From: an uncultured delta proteobacterium
Lineage (GTDB): Bacteria; Desulfobacterota; Desulfomonilia; Desulfomonilales; Desulfomonilaceae
Assembly (NCBI GenBank): GCA_963789265.1
Contig: CAWBKB010000007.1
Coordinates: 128,001-192,000, forward strand
Direction of reading: 5' to 3'
DNA length: 64,000 bases
Positions within the stretch are counted from its first letter, which is position 1, and each line of letters opens with the position of its first letter. This document shows positions 9,801-20,426 of the stretch, one piece after another. The position numbers and the translations under genes are program-made. The notes under the pieces are model-generated. The model saw nothing but the letters and a program-made list of their open reading frames with translations. It made no database searches and had not been told where the DNA came from.

Positions 9801-11978
9801 TCGCAGTGTTTCTGAACGGCGCATGGAAAAGCATAGTCCAGCAGAGCGGGGGCACTTGGCAATATCTTGACGGTTCGAGTGCCTGGCAGAACGCGTCTTC
9901 CAATACCCTCTTGTCCGCACTTCGTCAGGCCCTCGCTATTTCTGCAAATCAGATGACCGGGGCACAGGTCGCCGCGATAACCTCAGTCCAGTGGTCGTCG
10001 GCAGGCGGATTTGTGCCCCATATTACTCAGACCTTGGATTTTGCATTCAGGCTCGAAGCTGACCAGACAACTTTGACAAACTTACCAACCTTGACCAGCT
10101 ACACACTCACGTACGAGACGAGCGGTAGCACTACAGGGATAATGCAGGTTCTGGGAAAACGGGCGGTGGACCGACATAACCGACTGGACGGATGGAACAC
10201 TGGCCAATGGCAACCGACTCGCTCAATCGGGAATCATCGGCGGGCCTGCCGTCACCGCGGATTACTCTGTCTTGAATGGAGTGCCGGGTTTCTGGTACCG
10301 ACTCAAAACCAACGGGACAAGCCCCCTTTGTGCGATAACCGAGATTCGGTACAAGGCGCCGTGTCAACCGCTTTCGAATATCGGAGACGGGCAACCTGAC
10401 ATCGGGCAGGTCATTCTTCACATGATCAGTACCGGCGCAAGTCCGCAAGATATCTCTGTTGCGATGGCAGACAACACCCTTACCTCTTTGGCATCCGCGG
10501 GGATCCCCATGACCGCGACTGACTTTCTGTACGTGGGATACCCGACTCACTTCGATGAAGTGGAGATCACACCGTACGCGGACCCCAGCGATACAACGTT
10601 CACGAATAATCAGGCGACTTCGGAACTTTCCGCGGATTACTGGAATGGCGAAGCCTGGGTTGCTCTGACGATCAATGACAGAACGATCGGCGGATCGAGC
10701 AATACTTTTGCTGAGAAAGGACGTATTTCATGGACACTTCCCTCGGACTGGCAAACAAGTATCCCGTTCGATGCGTTTTTCTCAAGAGGCTACTGGCTTC
10801 GCTTTCATGTATCCGCTGCGCTCGCAAGCACCGCTGCGCTCTCGGAAGTTCGGGTGTACGGAGTCCCGAATTCCTTAAAAAAATACAGATTCGTGAGTAC
10901 TTTCGGCAATCGTATAGCCCTGGGGAATCGTTCTGATGCGCCGGATCAGGTGGACATTTCGCGACAATTCGAGGAGTACGGATACACAGGCCAAGACTCC
11001 GCGAGTTTCCGGCTTGGCGGGGAGGACCAGATTGCATCAATGATGGCAGCCTGGGACGGGTTGCTCATCGGCAAGACTGGGACTTTTCACTTCCTGCAAG
11101 AGGGAGCCGAAAGTTTCCAGAGTGTGGAGGCAGGGCGTCACGTTCCGATCAATACGCAGGTGATGGTGAAAGCCCCGCTCGGGGGATTCGATTACGGTGA
11201 TAGATACGGTCTTTTCTTTATTAATCGGTATGGTGCTTTCTTTTCTACCGGCTTGCACACTGACAGTATATTCAATACTTCTCGCGGCAAAACCATAAGC
11301 GATGTGCTCAATTGGTGGGATTCTTCTATAACGCCAAGATTAGACTTGGATTACCTACACCTGGCCTGCGGCGAGTACTGGCCGGCGAAGAATTGGGTTA
11401 TATGGGCAGTTCCGATGATATTTTCGGGGCAGGGCCCGCAGGCTGCTAATAATGCGCTCATCGTTTATGATTTGACCCTCGGGGCTTGGTTGCCTCCGTT
11501 CGTCTTCCCGTTCGGGATGGCTGCCCTGAGCACCGCCTACCATTACAATGCCGATGATCCTCAGAAGCTCGGGGATATGGGGCTGTACGCAGGGGATTAT
11601 GAAGGGCGCGTAATAAGATTGTTCCCGCCGGGCATTACCTCTGATTTGGGCTCCACAATTTCCGCTTGGGCAGAGACTGGATGGCTCGACTTTGGTTCGC
11701 CGGAATACAGGAAGCTGCTACGAATGCTCTCCCTGTGCGGCAAATCCGAGAATCACATGATAACCGTGAACATGTTCAGCGATGGAGAAACGTGTGTTCC
11801 CGTCGTCGTCGAGTATCAAAACCTGTCAAGTTTGGGAAGTCATAGCTTCGCGTTGGAGCAGGAACCCAACAATCTCCAGGGCCGTTTCTTCAAGTTCCGG
11901 ATTGCGTTCAGTGCTGAGAGTGAGGTTCACGGACTTCAGATAGCCATGTCACTGGTCCGCGAATGGGGGTCGTTGTGA
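6814..11978 (+). CDS. Large tail nozzle / DNA-stabilisation protein (~1,720 aa) with inserted Kelch repeats and fibre-like domains; two frameshifts (~7376, ~10145)
   Basis: N-term DWTGG...ENVDL.DGSLRTRPG and C-term AETGWLDFGSP...GRFFKFRI are nozzle-type; Kelch repeats PPPRIGHSAVWD, PSARAFHTAVFD and PAARYWHQAIY continue across the frame change; ORFs 6760-7512, 7214-10399 and 10272-11978 join. Confidence 0.7.
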
Positions 11979-12045
11979 GTGAGGCCTGATGAATCATGAA
12001 GTGCGGCAAGACCCGCCGGGGTTAACAAAATAGGAGGCAATATAC

Positions 12046-12888
12046 ATGCCATCTCCAAACTATGGAGGAAAATTGTCCGGGAACTTCGGGAGCTACTCGT
12101 CCTCAAGAGACAACCCCTTCCTGGAACCGAGCAGACAAATAGCTGACTTGATCGCGCGGCTGTCCAGTGCGCAGATGCAGGGATCAGCGAGCGGAACACC
12201 GGGAATCAACAGTGGATCATTCTCCTGGCAGAGCCACGCGGCTCGCCCCGCAGATCCCGAGGTGCGGGACTACATGTCCAACGTCCTGGGAGGGCAACGC
12301 AACACTCTCGATGACTACGTGCGCAGGGCCGCAGGCGCGAGCATCAAGCGCGGTGGAAAGACCACTGCCGGCGGGCCGCCCCTGGACTCCGCGTTGTACC
12401 AGCAAGCCATAGAAAGTCTTGCAAAGGGCTATGGAGACCGGTTCCGTGATGCAATGAATTACAACCGATACGTGAAAGGAACCGAGTCGAGCCAGGTCTC
12501 CGATAACATGAGAAACTTGCAGAACCTTCTGAGCCTGCAGCAGCGCTATCTTTCCAGCGCTACAGATTGGAAACAGAAACAGACAAGCTTGCCCGGCGTA
12601 ACCACGAATCCGGACGCCGACCTGGACCGCGCCTTGAAGGCGCTTTCCCTGGAGCACCTGCGCCGCCAAATGGAAATGGAACAATGGCAGAATGCGGCTA
12701 CTAAGGATGATCGCCAGAAAGCTTTGGACGAAAAAATTGCGGCTGAAGAAAGGTGGGCAGGGCTCGCGGTAAAACCCAGTTTGACATGGGGTCCGGGAGA
12801 TGCTGCGTTCAACGATCTGGCTGGAATCAGAATCGGTTACCAGTCGCCGTGGCAGCGAAAAATGTCGCTTAATCGCCGCGGATTGTAA
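12046..12888 (+). CDS. Putative internal virion / DNA ejection protein
   Basis: 280 aa, GGAGG RBS, Q/S/G/A-rich helical sequence, position after nozzle as in podoviruses. Confidence 0.55.
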   Translation: MPSPNYGGKLSGNFGSYSSSRDNPFLEPSRQIADLIARLSSAQMQGSASGTPGINSGSFSWQSHAARPADPEVRDYMSNVLGGQRNTLDDYVRRAAGASIKRGGKTTAGGPPLDSALYQQAIESLAKGYGDRFRDAMNYNRYVKGTESSQVSDNMRNLQNLLSLQQRYLSSATDWKQKQTSLPGVTTNPDADLDRALKALSLEHLRRQMEMEQWQNAATKDDRQKALDEKIAAEERWAGLAVKPSLTWGPGDAAFNDLAGIRIGYQSPWQRKMSLNRRGL

Positions 12889-13036
12889 GCAACGAGTCTT
12901 TAGTTCATCGTTACATATACGTGGTCGCGGATTCAGAACAGGGGCGGCAGGGGGAAACTGTCTCAAACGTGCGGACGAAGTCGATATCGTGCCACGAAAG
13001 TCGCTAGAGTTCTGGTTCCCAATCCCGCGTCTCGCG

Positions 13037-13191
13037 CATTCGCGTTAAGTTAAGGCAATTTCGCTCCCTTTTCAGGAGGTCCATGCAGGCCGAGGGGGAT
13101 CAAAGTCCCCCTTTTCTAAAGGGGGATTTAGGGGGATTTCCAGGGGGTTAGCATAAAATCCCCCCTAGCCCCCCTTTACGAAAGGGGGGAA
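13037..13191. mobile_element. MITE-like element (family A), inverted and one-end-truncated copy of the 52552-52731 element
   Basis: Starts CATTCGCGTTAAGTTAAGGCAATTTCG after CGTCTCGCG; reverse complement matches 52575-52730. Confidence 0.7.
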
Positions 13192-13704
13192 CCCCGCGTC
13201 TCGCTGGACCGCCTGGGAATCCCGCGGGGCGCGGGACTCTGCCCGCAAACTGCCCCCATTTCATTATCATAGTCGAGGTAGAGCTTGGCGCTAGGCATTC
13301 CCAGGCAGAGCCAGGGAACGAGAAAAAAGGCGTCCTCAATTATTTGGCTTTCCTGATTTCGGTTATGACGCGGAATGGCAGCTCCCCTACAGAGCGCTCT
13401 CCAAGCCGCCCCGCAGTGGTTCCCGATTTTTGAGTTGACAAATTAGGTTAATTATGGTCCCATTGCCCCCAACAGAGAACATGTGTTTTCCATTGGGCGC
13501 CCGGCAACCAAGTGGATTGCTGTCAGGCTTCCATTTGGAAAGGCCCATCAATGACCCGACGAGTTAACCTAAGAAGTTCATAATCTGTCGGCCGCCACCT
13601 GATTGGGCCTATCGCCGGGCCTTAACGTCGAAGATCCCTGGAAGAGGGACCAACGAGGGAGGCTTTTCTGCCGACCTCGCAATTCCAAAGGTTGGAGGCG
13701 GATC

Positions 13705-13935
13705 ATGGAGAGAGTCAATCATCGCAAACTTGTGTCTCATTCATTCGACAAGCTCCACGAGCAACTTTCCGTTCTCCGAGTCCATGTGGAGGAAATGGAC
13801 GACCCCGTGGCTCGTCGGCATTTGGAATCCATGGAGTATGGCCTGCTCGCGCCCATGCGCAAGCTCAGAATACATCTGGGCATCCCGTACGACTGGCACG
13901 AACAGAGGCCCACACTCAAGGAGGCGACTCGATGA
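13705..13935 (+). CDS. Hypothetical protein (76 aa)
   Basis: GGAGG RBS; ATGA overlap with next gene. Confidence 0.6.
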   Translation: MERVNHRKLVSHSFDKLHEQLSVLRVHVEEMDDPVARRHLESMEYGLLAPMRKLRIHLGIPYDWHEQRPTLKEATR

Positions 13936-14318
13936 GCCAAGGTGCCCTTACCGTCGAACAGTGGAAAGAGATGAACGCTCATAAGCTGATTGAATGTCGC
14001 TGGGGCTGCAACATTAGTTTTGAAGCGTGCCGCCTGTACCAGGCAAGGACCGGACGTTACGTGCTTCACTTCAACGGCCAACGAGAGCCGTATCCGCGGA
14101 TCAACGCGGATTACCTGAGGTGTTTCTTGCCGGAACCTTGTCCCCACGTGATATCGGACGATGAAATCCGCGGCCTGGAAGCAACGCTCGGCCCCGTTAA
14201 TCACCGCCCCCGTCCGGAACGTCGCGAACGGTCACGGCATGCGAGGGAGTTGGATCGCCTCGTAAATCCCGATCTCATGTTGCGTGAAGCCCGGTGGAAT
14301 CGTTCCCTTGTCCGGTAG
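13932..14318 (+). CDS. Hypothetical Cys-containing protein
   Basis: AGGAGG RBS, translational coupling; CRWGC...C...C....C. Confidence 0.6.
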   Translation: MSQGALTVEQWKEMNAHKLIECRWGCNISFEACRLYQARTGRYVLHFNGQREPYPRINADYLRCFLPEPCPHVISDDEIRGLEATLGPVNHRPRPERRERSRHARELDRLVNPDLMLREARWNRSLVR

Positions 14319-14527
14319 CAGTTCACCGCGGAGGACGCAGAGACCGCAGACGGACTTGGTCCGTTTCGCTTTCGTTGCCGGGCTCCGCCTGGCAATGCAT
14401 GCTCTTAGGGCTCGGCCCGAAATAAGAACAGCGATTGATCCCTCTCAGTTTGCAGAAAACCGGAGGCAAAACCTCCCCATGAGCGTTCCAGGCAAGAGCC
14501 TGGGAACGAGGATTAAAGGATGTCTCG

Positions 14528-14731
14528 ATGAAAAGATCGGAAATGGTTTGCAGCAAGTGCATCAAGTTTGAAAGAACTCAATGCCGCCTCGACCCAGAAG
14601 GTCTCCCGATCGATGAGCCGGACAAGCACTGGTGCGCTCAAGGCCAGTGGCAAGAGTGGTCGGAGCGATACCTGGAAATGGAACCCTTCTACTGGGGCGA
14701 ATGGCAAGAGAATTGCCTGGAGACTGCGTGA
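14528..14731 (+). CDS. Small Cys/Trp-rich phage-type protein
   Basis: AAGGA RBS; CxxC...CR..P...WC motif. Confidence 0.6.
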   Translation: MKRSEMVCSKCIKFERTQCRLDPEGLPIDEPDKHWCAQGQWQEWSERYLEMEPFYWGEWQENCLETA

Positions 14732-14937
14732 TGCTTCTCTGAGGATAGATGACCAAAGCCAAGATGCGGCGAATGAGGCTAACAGCGTCGCCCGCGAGGA
14801 AACCCGGGTGATGCCGGTTTCCTTGTTCGCCGCACCTTGTGCCTGCTCGCATTACCTTTTCGTTTTCTATCCCGCATAATCTTCGAAACTCCGTTCAATC
14901 GTACCCAATTGGTCAAATGCATTTCGGAGGTTGACCC

Positions 14938-15261
14938 ATGCAAATTCCAGAAAAACTGACAATCTTCTCCAGAACCTACGATGTCCATGATGTGGACCCG
15001 ATACATGCTTATGATGGGCTACTGGGGTTGGCGGCTTATCGGGATGGTGTGATCTATCTTGACCGAAATATGGACCCGCCCCTGGCGCTGAACACCCTCT
15101 GGCACGAAGCATTCCACATCGCGCAACAAGAGATTCTTGGAACCGTAGATGAAGCCCAGGCCAGATGGGTATCGCTATTCATTCACACCTTCCTTTTGGA
15201 AAATCCTGCCATCCTGCAAAGCTATCTCGACGCATCGAGTCCTGCCTCCTTTCACGAATGA
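14938..15261 (+). CDS. Phage-type HExxH zincin-like protein
   Basis: GGAGG RBS; MQIPEKLTI...NTLWHEAFH...E...ENP, a pattern common in phage proteins. Confidence 0.75.
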   Translation: MQIPEKLTIFSRTYDVHDVDPIHAYDGLLGLAAYRDGVIYLDRNMDPPLALNTLWHEAFHIAQQEILGTVDEAQARWVSLFIHTFLLENPAILQSYLDASSPASFHE

Positions 15262-15355
15262 GAAACCTGACGAAGTGCGAGTATGGTTCGGTGAATGAAG
15301 CGGACCGCATCGCTTGCAAGAATGCTTTCAATAGAGATTCCTGTATCATCCCCAA

Positions 15356-15766
15356 ATGACCCAAAAAAGAAAACGCTTAATTGAGGTGGCCCGTGATGCC
15401 CCTTCACCAGAGGCCGATGGATCGGCAACGGCCGCCGAGGCTGGATTCGACCCTTCTTTCCTCGCCCAAATCCGGGAGTTGGCCGCGTCGGGGCTGACGT
15501 CTTCCTCCGCGCTATCGCTGATCACGAAGCTTATCGCCGAAACTCCCGGCGCATCCAAAGAGGCAATGGACCGGATCAAAATGATGGACAAACTTCTCAA
15601 TACCGCCCGAGCAATGATGGAGACTCGGCTGAAAAATGAGGAAGCCGCAGCCATCACCGCAAAACTCGATGAAATGGAACTTCTGATCGAAAAGCTGGCG
15701 ATTCAAAGGGCAGGTGAACCTAATCGGTGCGTCGAAGTCAGAGACGGTCGCGGGCAGGATGAGTGA
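15356..15766 (+). CDS. Helical protein, terminase small subunit candidate
   Basis: 136 aa coiled-coil, overlaps start of terminase large subunit. Confidence 0.5.
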   Translation: MTQKRKRLIEVARDAPSPEADGSATAAEAGFDPSFLAQIRELAASGLTSSSALSLITKLIAETPGASKEAMDRIKMMDKLLNTARAMMETRLKNEEAAAITAKLDEMELLIEKLAIQRAGEPNRCVEVRDGRGQDE

Positions 15767-17483
15767 ATCTGTACATCCTGAACAAGCTGGCTTCCGGCGG
15801 TCGAGGATGCGGCTCGAAAGATTGTCGGAACGTTTGCAACAGCTTGCGCCCCGTCCCGGGGAGGAATTGTTCCATATTCAGCGGTTCATCGAGGATCTAA
15901 AGATCATCAATAAAAGGGGCGAACTGGTCTCCCTCATCATGAACCGGTCCCAGGAGACGGTATTCCACAGGCTCATGGAATGTCGTGAAAAGAAAGTCCC
16001 GGCCCGTTTCATCTGCTGCAAGTCCCGACAACTTGGTATCTCCACGCTTATCGAGGCATTCATATTTGCCCTGATCACACACTATCCCAACCGGTTTGCT
16101 CTGGTCGCGGCAAATTCCATTGAGAGCGCCCAGACGATCTTCGCGATGGCTCAGCGTTTCCTCCGTTACCTTGGACCCCGTCACACCCCTCGTCCGGCCA
16201 CTGTCAACGCACGCCGAATTGAATATCTGCCGCCTCATCATTCACGGCTGCAAATCGACACGGCCGCGAACAAGGGCCTGGGACGAGGCGGCACTCTTCA
16301 CTATGTCCATGCCAGCGAAGTGGCCTTCTGGGAGAAGGCTGAAGATCCGATTCTAGCCATCAACCAGTCGGTCCCACAGCACTGGGACACTCTCGTCTTT
16401 TGGGAATCCACGGCAAATGGAATGCACAATCTATTTCACCGAACGTGGATAACCGCGGAACGCGGGGAATCGGACATGCAGCCCATATTTCTTTCTTGGA
16501 AAGGATTTCCGGAGTACAGCCTTCCCGTGGCAGAGCGAGAACAACTCGACCTTACCCCGGACGAGGAAGTCTATGCCCGGAAATACGATTTGAAGACAGA
16601 CCAGATCAAATGGGCTTGTTACACGAGAAAGAATCAGTGCCACAACTCCTGGGAAAAATTCCATCAGGAATACCCTGTGGCCCCACAACTTGCCTTCACC
16701 TTCACAGGAATGCCCTGGTTCAACCAAGATGCGATTCAAGAGTCGCTGGAGAATTTGGCCCGGCCTCCGCTTAAACGCGGGAATCTGGAGTTCTCGGCTG
16801 ATGGTGCCTCAATCCCCACTTTTGTAACAGACCCAACAGGGCCTCTGGAAGTTTGGAGGCAGCCCGAGCCGTCGCACACATATAGCATTGGAATGGATGT
16901 CGGGGAAGGCGTCGCCGCGGATTACACCGTTATTCAGGTTATATGCAACGAAACGGGCGAAGTGGTTGCACGTTACCGCTCGAACCGCGTCCGAGCCGAA
17001 ACCGCGGGAGTAGACGCATATCTTCTCGGAACGTACTACAACTTCGGGCTGCTCGGGATCGAGCGCAACGGTCCCGGTCTCGCCTCGCTCGCGGCATGCG
17101 AACGAGGGCTGTCGGAATATCCGCAAATGACCGGATATCCCAACCTCTACTATCACACTTACACTGACCGCAAGATCCCGGAAGAGACCCGACGTTTGGG
17201 ATGGATCACCAACAAAACCACTAAAGAAGCCATGCTGAGCAGACTGGCACTGACTTTCGAGAGCCGCGGGCTCAAGATATACAGCAGAACCACTCTTCTC
17301 GAAATGCAAGGCTTTGTCTGGGATGCCGAGAAAAGATGCTTCAGGCAGAATTACAAATCTCCAGATTCACGGCTTGCTCACGACGATGAGATCATGGCCC
17401 TGGCGATAGCCAACGAGATGCGATCTCACTCGTGGGAAAACCGCTTTATTCACGGCCGACTGCCTCGCGGAGGGGAGTTTTGA
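15759..17483 (+). CDS. terL: Terminase large subunit
   Basis: Walker A KSRQLGIST, Walker B VHASEVAF, coupling ESTANG, nuclease IGMDVGEG..DYT and HDDEIMALAIA. Confidence 0.92.
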   Translation: MSESVHPEQAGFRRSRMRLERLSERLQQLAPRPGEELFHIQRFIEDLKIINKRGELVSLIMNRSQETVFHRLMECREKKVPARFICCKSRQLGISTLIEAFIFALITHYPNRFALVAANSIESAQTIFAMAQRFLRYLGPRHTPRPATVNARRIEYLPPHHSRLQIDTAANKGLGRGGTLHYVHASEVAFWEKAEDPILAINQSVPQHWDTLVFWESTANGMHNLFHRTWITAERGESDMQPIFLSWKGFPEYSLPVAEREQLDLTPDEEVYARKYDLKTDQIKWACYTRKNQCHNSWEKFHQEYPVAPQLAFTFTGMPWFNQDAIQESLENLARPPLKRGNLEFSADGASIPTFVTDPTGPLEVWRQPEPSHTYSIGMDVGEGVAADYTVIQVICNETGEVVARYRSNRVRAETAGVDAYLLGTYYNFGLLGIERNGPGLASLAACERGLSEYPQMTGYPNLYYHTYTDRKIPEETRRLGWITNKTTKEAMLSRLALTFESRGLKIYSRTTLLEMQGFVWDAEKRCFRQNYKSPDSRLAHDDEIMALAIANEMRSHSWENRFIHGRLPRGGEF

Positions 17484-17485
17484 CA

Positions 17486-18157
17486 GTGCGTGCGGAATAC
17501 CTGGAAGACGGCGCGATAGCGGTAATCGGGACAAAGGGAAAACAAACCTTCAACAAGGTTTGGGCCGGGATCGGCTGGCCGGACAGTGAAGCCGGTTACA
17601 TATCTATTGTGGGCGAGCGCGCAGACCACCGATATCATGCGCTGTGGGAGAAGACCGGCGGCCTGTGGGAACTGGGAGTAGCCGCGGTTGAAGCCAAGAA
17701 TCGTTTGCTAGTCGACAACATCTGGGTCGATTCCCGCGATGCGGTCGCAACCTCGTATCTCAGGACCCTGCCCGGCCTGTGTTTCCATGAGGAGCCGTCC
17801 AAGAGGGCTTTAACGACTGTCGTCGGAACTCATCCTCCGGCCAAAGCGTCGCGTTTCACAGAGCCGGAAACGATGGCAAGCATAATGTCGGTTCCCGAGC
17901 GGGCCACAACAAACTATCGGTCCGCTCTTGAGAATACGAGAGGTGTGATAATGGCTTCTAAACTTCTGATACACGAGCAGAACTGCCCCAAACTGGTCTA
18001 TGCACTGAGACAGCCTCTGGAAGATCTGCTCAGATCGCCTGTCATGAAGGGCTTGGTTTGGGTACTGACGGCTCTTGAGGAAGCCGGGAGAAACGCGGGG
18101 CTGGAGCTTTCCGCATCGGACCCCTGGTACGCCAATACGCCGAGGCGGCGAATATAA
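17486..18157 (+). CDS. Hypothetical protein resembling a stand-alone, degenerate terminase RNase H-like domain
   Basis: WAGIGWP...YISIVGE...YHALWE...IWVDS...LLIHEQNCPKLV follows the layout of TerL C-terminal domains. Confidence 0.5.
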   Translation: MRAEYLEDGAIAVIGTKGKQTFNKVWAGIGWPDSEAGYISIVGERADHRYHALWEKTGGLWELGVAAVEAKNRLLVDNIWVDSRDAVATSYLRTLPGLCFHEEPSKRALTTVVGTHPPAKASRFTEPETMASIMSVPERATTNYRSALENTRGVIMASKLLIHEQNCPKLVYALRQPLEDLLRSPVMKGLVWVLTALEEAGRNAGLELSASDPWYANTPRRRI

Positions 18158-18278
18158 ATGACTTTTTGAAAATCCGCGGCCTGTCAAAATTGGTCCAACG
18201 GCCTCACGAACAGCCCATGACTTCGGGAAAATTTCGTGGTAAAGAAGGGGCGAAAAAATTCTTCCAGGAGCGCAGAGA

Positions 18279-18581
18279 ATGAACAGCACTACCTTATTTG
18301 CTTCAGAGGTTATTTTGCCGGGAAGCATGTCCCCCAATTGCGATCTGCCTATCGAAGCTTTACGATCCTTTTCGGCATTGTATGCCGGCCCCGGCATCCT
18401 ATCTTCTCCTCCTGATGACGGCGAGGACGAAGACTGGGAAGACGACGAGGAAGACGATGACGATGAAGAGGATGAAGACTGGGAGGACGACGAAGACGAT
18501 GACGATGAAGAGGATGAGGACTGGGAGGACGACGAAGAAGAAGACGATGAGGAAGACGAAGACGATGAAGAAGATGAATAA
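18279..18581 (+). CDS. Extremely acidic protein with DEDWEDDE repeats
   Basis: C-terminal ~55 residues almost all D/E; synonymous codon variation among repeats; followed by a terminator. Confidence 0.6.
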   Translation: MNSTTLFASEVILPGSMSPNCDLPIEALRSFSALYAGPGILSSPPDDGEDEDWEDDEEDDDDEEDEDWEDDEDDDDEEDEDWEDDEEEDDEEDEDDEEDE

Positions 18582-18589
18582 TATTGGAG

Positions 18590-18620
18590 AGGCCCTTCTT
18601 AGGCGAAGGGCCTTTTTATT
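18590..18620 (+). terminator. Rho-independent terminator
   Basis: AGGCCCTTC-TTAGGC-GAAGGGCCT stem-loop followed by a T-run. Confidence 0.85.
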
Positions 18621-19460
18621 TCTTCCTGGCCTCCTCTATTGTAATAGTCTATTTAACGCCGCTTTATACACATTAATCCGCACGCGCCCGGATCTCTACC
18701 AAAAAGCGTTTTCAATCTGACGATCAATTCCAAATGCAAGAGCAATCCGTACTTGCTCGACTGCGAATGACTCGCTTCCAAACCATTCCATCCTGATCAC
18801 AGAAGACCATTTGCAAAAAAATATGATCTGGTGCGGCTTGAAATCCCATCTCGTTGACGCACTGCGCGAGCGATCTTAACTGCGCTCAGCCACGGCAGCT
18901 TCACGACAATGAAGGAGATGTTTTGATGGAAACCGAAAGACAACAACGCTGGTGGTTCGCCACCCATCCTGAGTTTAGTTGGAGCCGGATTGGACACAGG
19001 GGCTGAGGCGGCCGATCACCTCGCGGAAGAAGCACATTTGGGAGTAGCGGTTGAACCCTTGCCTGACAGGGTCAGGCCGGCAAAATAGAATGATTTTCTT
19101 GAGCCCCAGATCAAATGTCTGTCCATCCCCGTCTCGACCCTCAACCACAAATGATCAATTCCGCCCGAGACTCAAGAATGGTGCGAACCTAGCTCGCTCT
19201 CGTCCGAGAGAAACGAGAAGGTCCTTTCGTTTCCGCTGGAACTAACCAAGCACCGGACTTCGCCCAAAAGAAGTGAATCCGACGCGTCCTACCTGAAGCG
19301 GGACCACTGGTCTTGCTTCTTAACGGGTCTAGAGGCAAAACAAAGCAGAAACCGTTTAATAACAGAAGAGTGATCATCTTGTGTTTAAGGTGCTACAGTG
19401 GTATTCACACTTACCGAAGGTAAGTCTATATCTTAACAACAGAATTCGACGAGAAACTCA

Positions 19461-19653
19461 CATGCAATGCTCCAAGACGGAAAATGAAACTTACCGATTC
19501 AAAAGCCCTAGGCAGCGACGCATCTACCAGCAGCTCTTGGACCTTTCGAGACGAGGTTCAGCCGCTCTGTATAAGGACGCCTGTGTTCTGATGGAGCCAC
19601 AAATGGTTAGTATCTGTCAAATTCGTCAGAGGAGCATCAATGAAGCCCCTTGA
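19461..19653 (+). pseudogene. Truncated paralogue of the N-terminus of the next gene
   Basis: YRFKSPRQRRIYQQL...AALYKDAC aligns with FKFKTPKQERIFKRL...AAYYRDAC. Confidence 0.55.
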
Positions 19654-20426
19654 ACCTGCAGACAAGAAGTTTAAGTTCAAAACTCCCAAACAGGAACGCA
19701 TCTTTAAAAGGCTTTGTTTGATAGGATTTGCTCCAGCCGCCTACTATCGTGATGCTTGCAGATTGATAATCTCAGATCCGCCTCTGGATTCCATAACTCA
19801 CTTGCTCAGTCATATCTTTCGGGAAATTGAGGGGATGATCATCGACTTCCTGTTGGACGATATTGACAGAAAGGCCTTCACGAATCAGGACGGCGCACGG
19901 AAGCAGAAAATCCGTGCGGTCCTAAAAAAGCTAGGTGTACAGGAAGAACAAGAAATTTCGGAGCTTTGGCTGGAATCTGAATCACTTCACAAATATGCTC
20001 ATAGAAACGGTATAGCAAAGCCGCGCCCGGCGGAAGCTAATTTCCATGAAATGTTACAGCAACGGGAGGAAATCTTGGATTATGTCCTCCATTGCTACGA
20101 GTCACAATATGCTGAATATCATAGACGCCTGGATGAGCTGCTCGGGGCACCGAAGCCGACCAAAAAGATTATGACAGAACTTAGAAATTATGTTCCCAAC
20201 AACATGGTCTCGTTGACCTCCCTCTTTGAGCGACTCTCCGATTCAGACTGGCTGCCATTCCTTAGCGAAAATCAATTTTTTGCGGAATGTCCTAGATAAC
20301 GGTAACAACGTTCTAACGATCTCCTGATCTCTGACATGAAAGATATCATGAATGAACAGTAAGGTCTTGTAATCGCGCGAAATTTGGGCAATAATTCCCC
20401 GATCTATTTCAAAGGGGAAGCTTTCT

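Noticed and set aside
7214..10399. Programmed ribosomal frameshifts in the tail gene
   Set aside because: No clear slippery heptamer, and similar indels hit housekeeping genes such as ahcY
18620..19440. Prophage att site, tRNA or intact gene
   Set aside because: No cloverleaf or flanking direct repeat seen; only short ORFs without motifs, possibly a decayed gene
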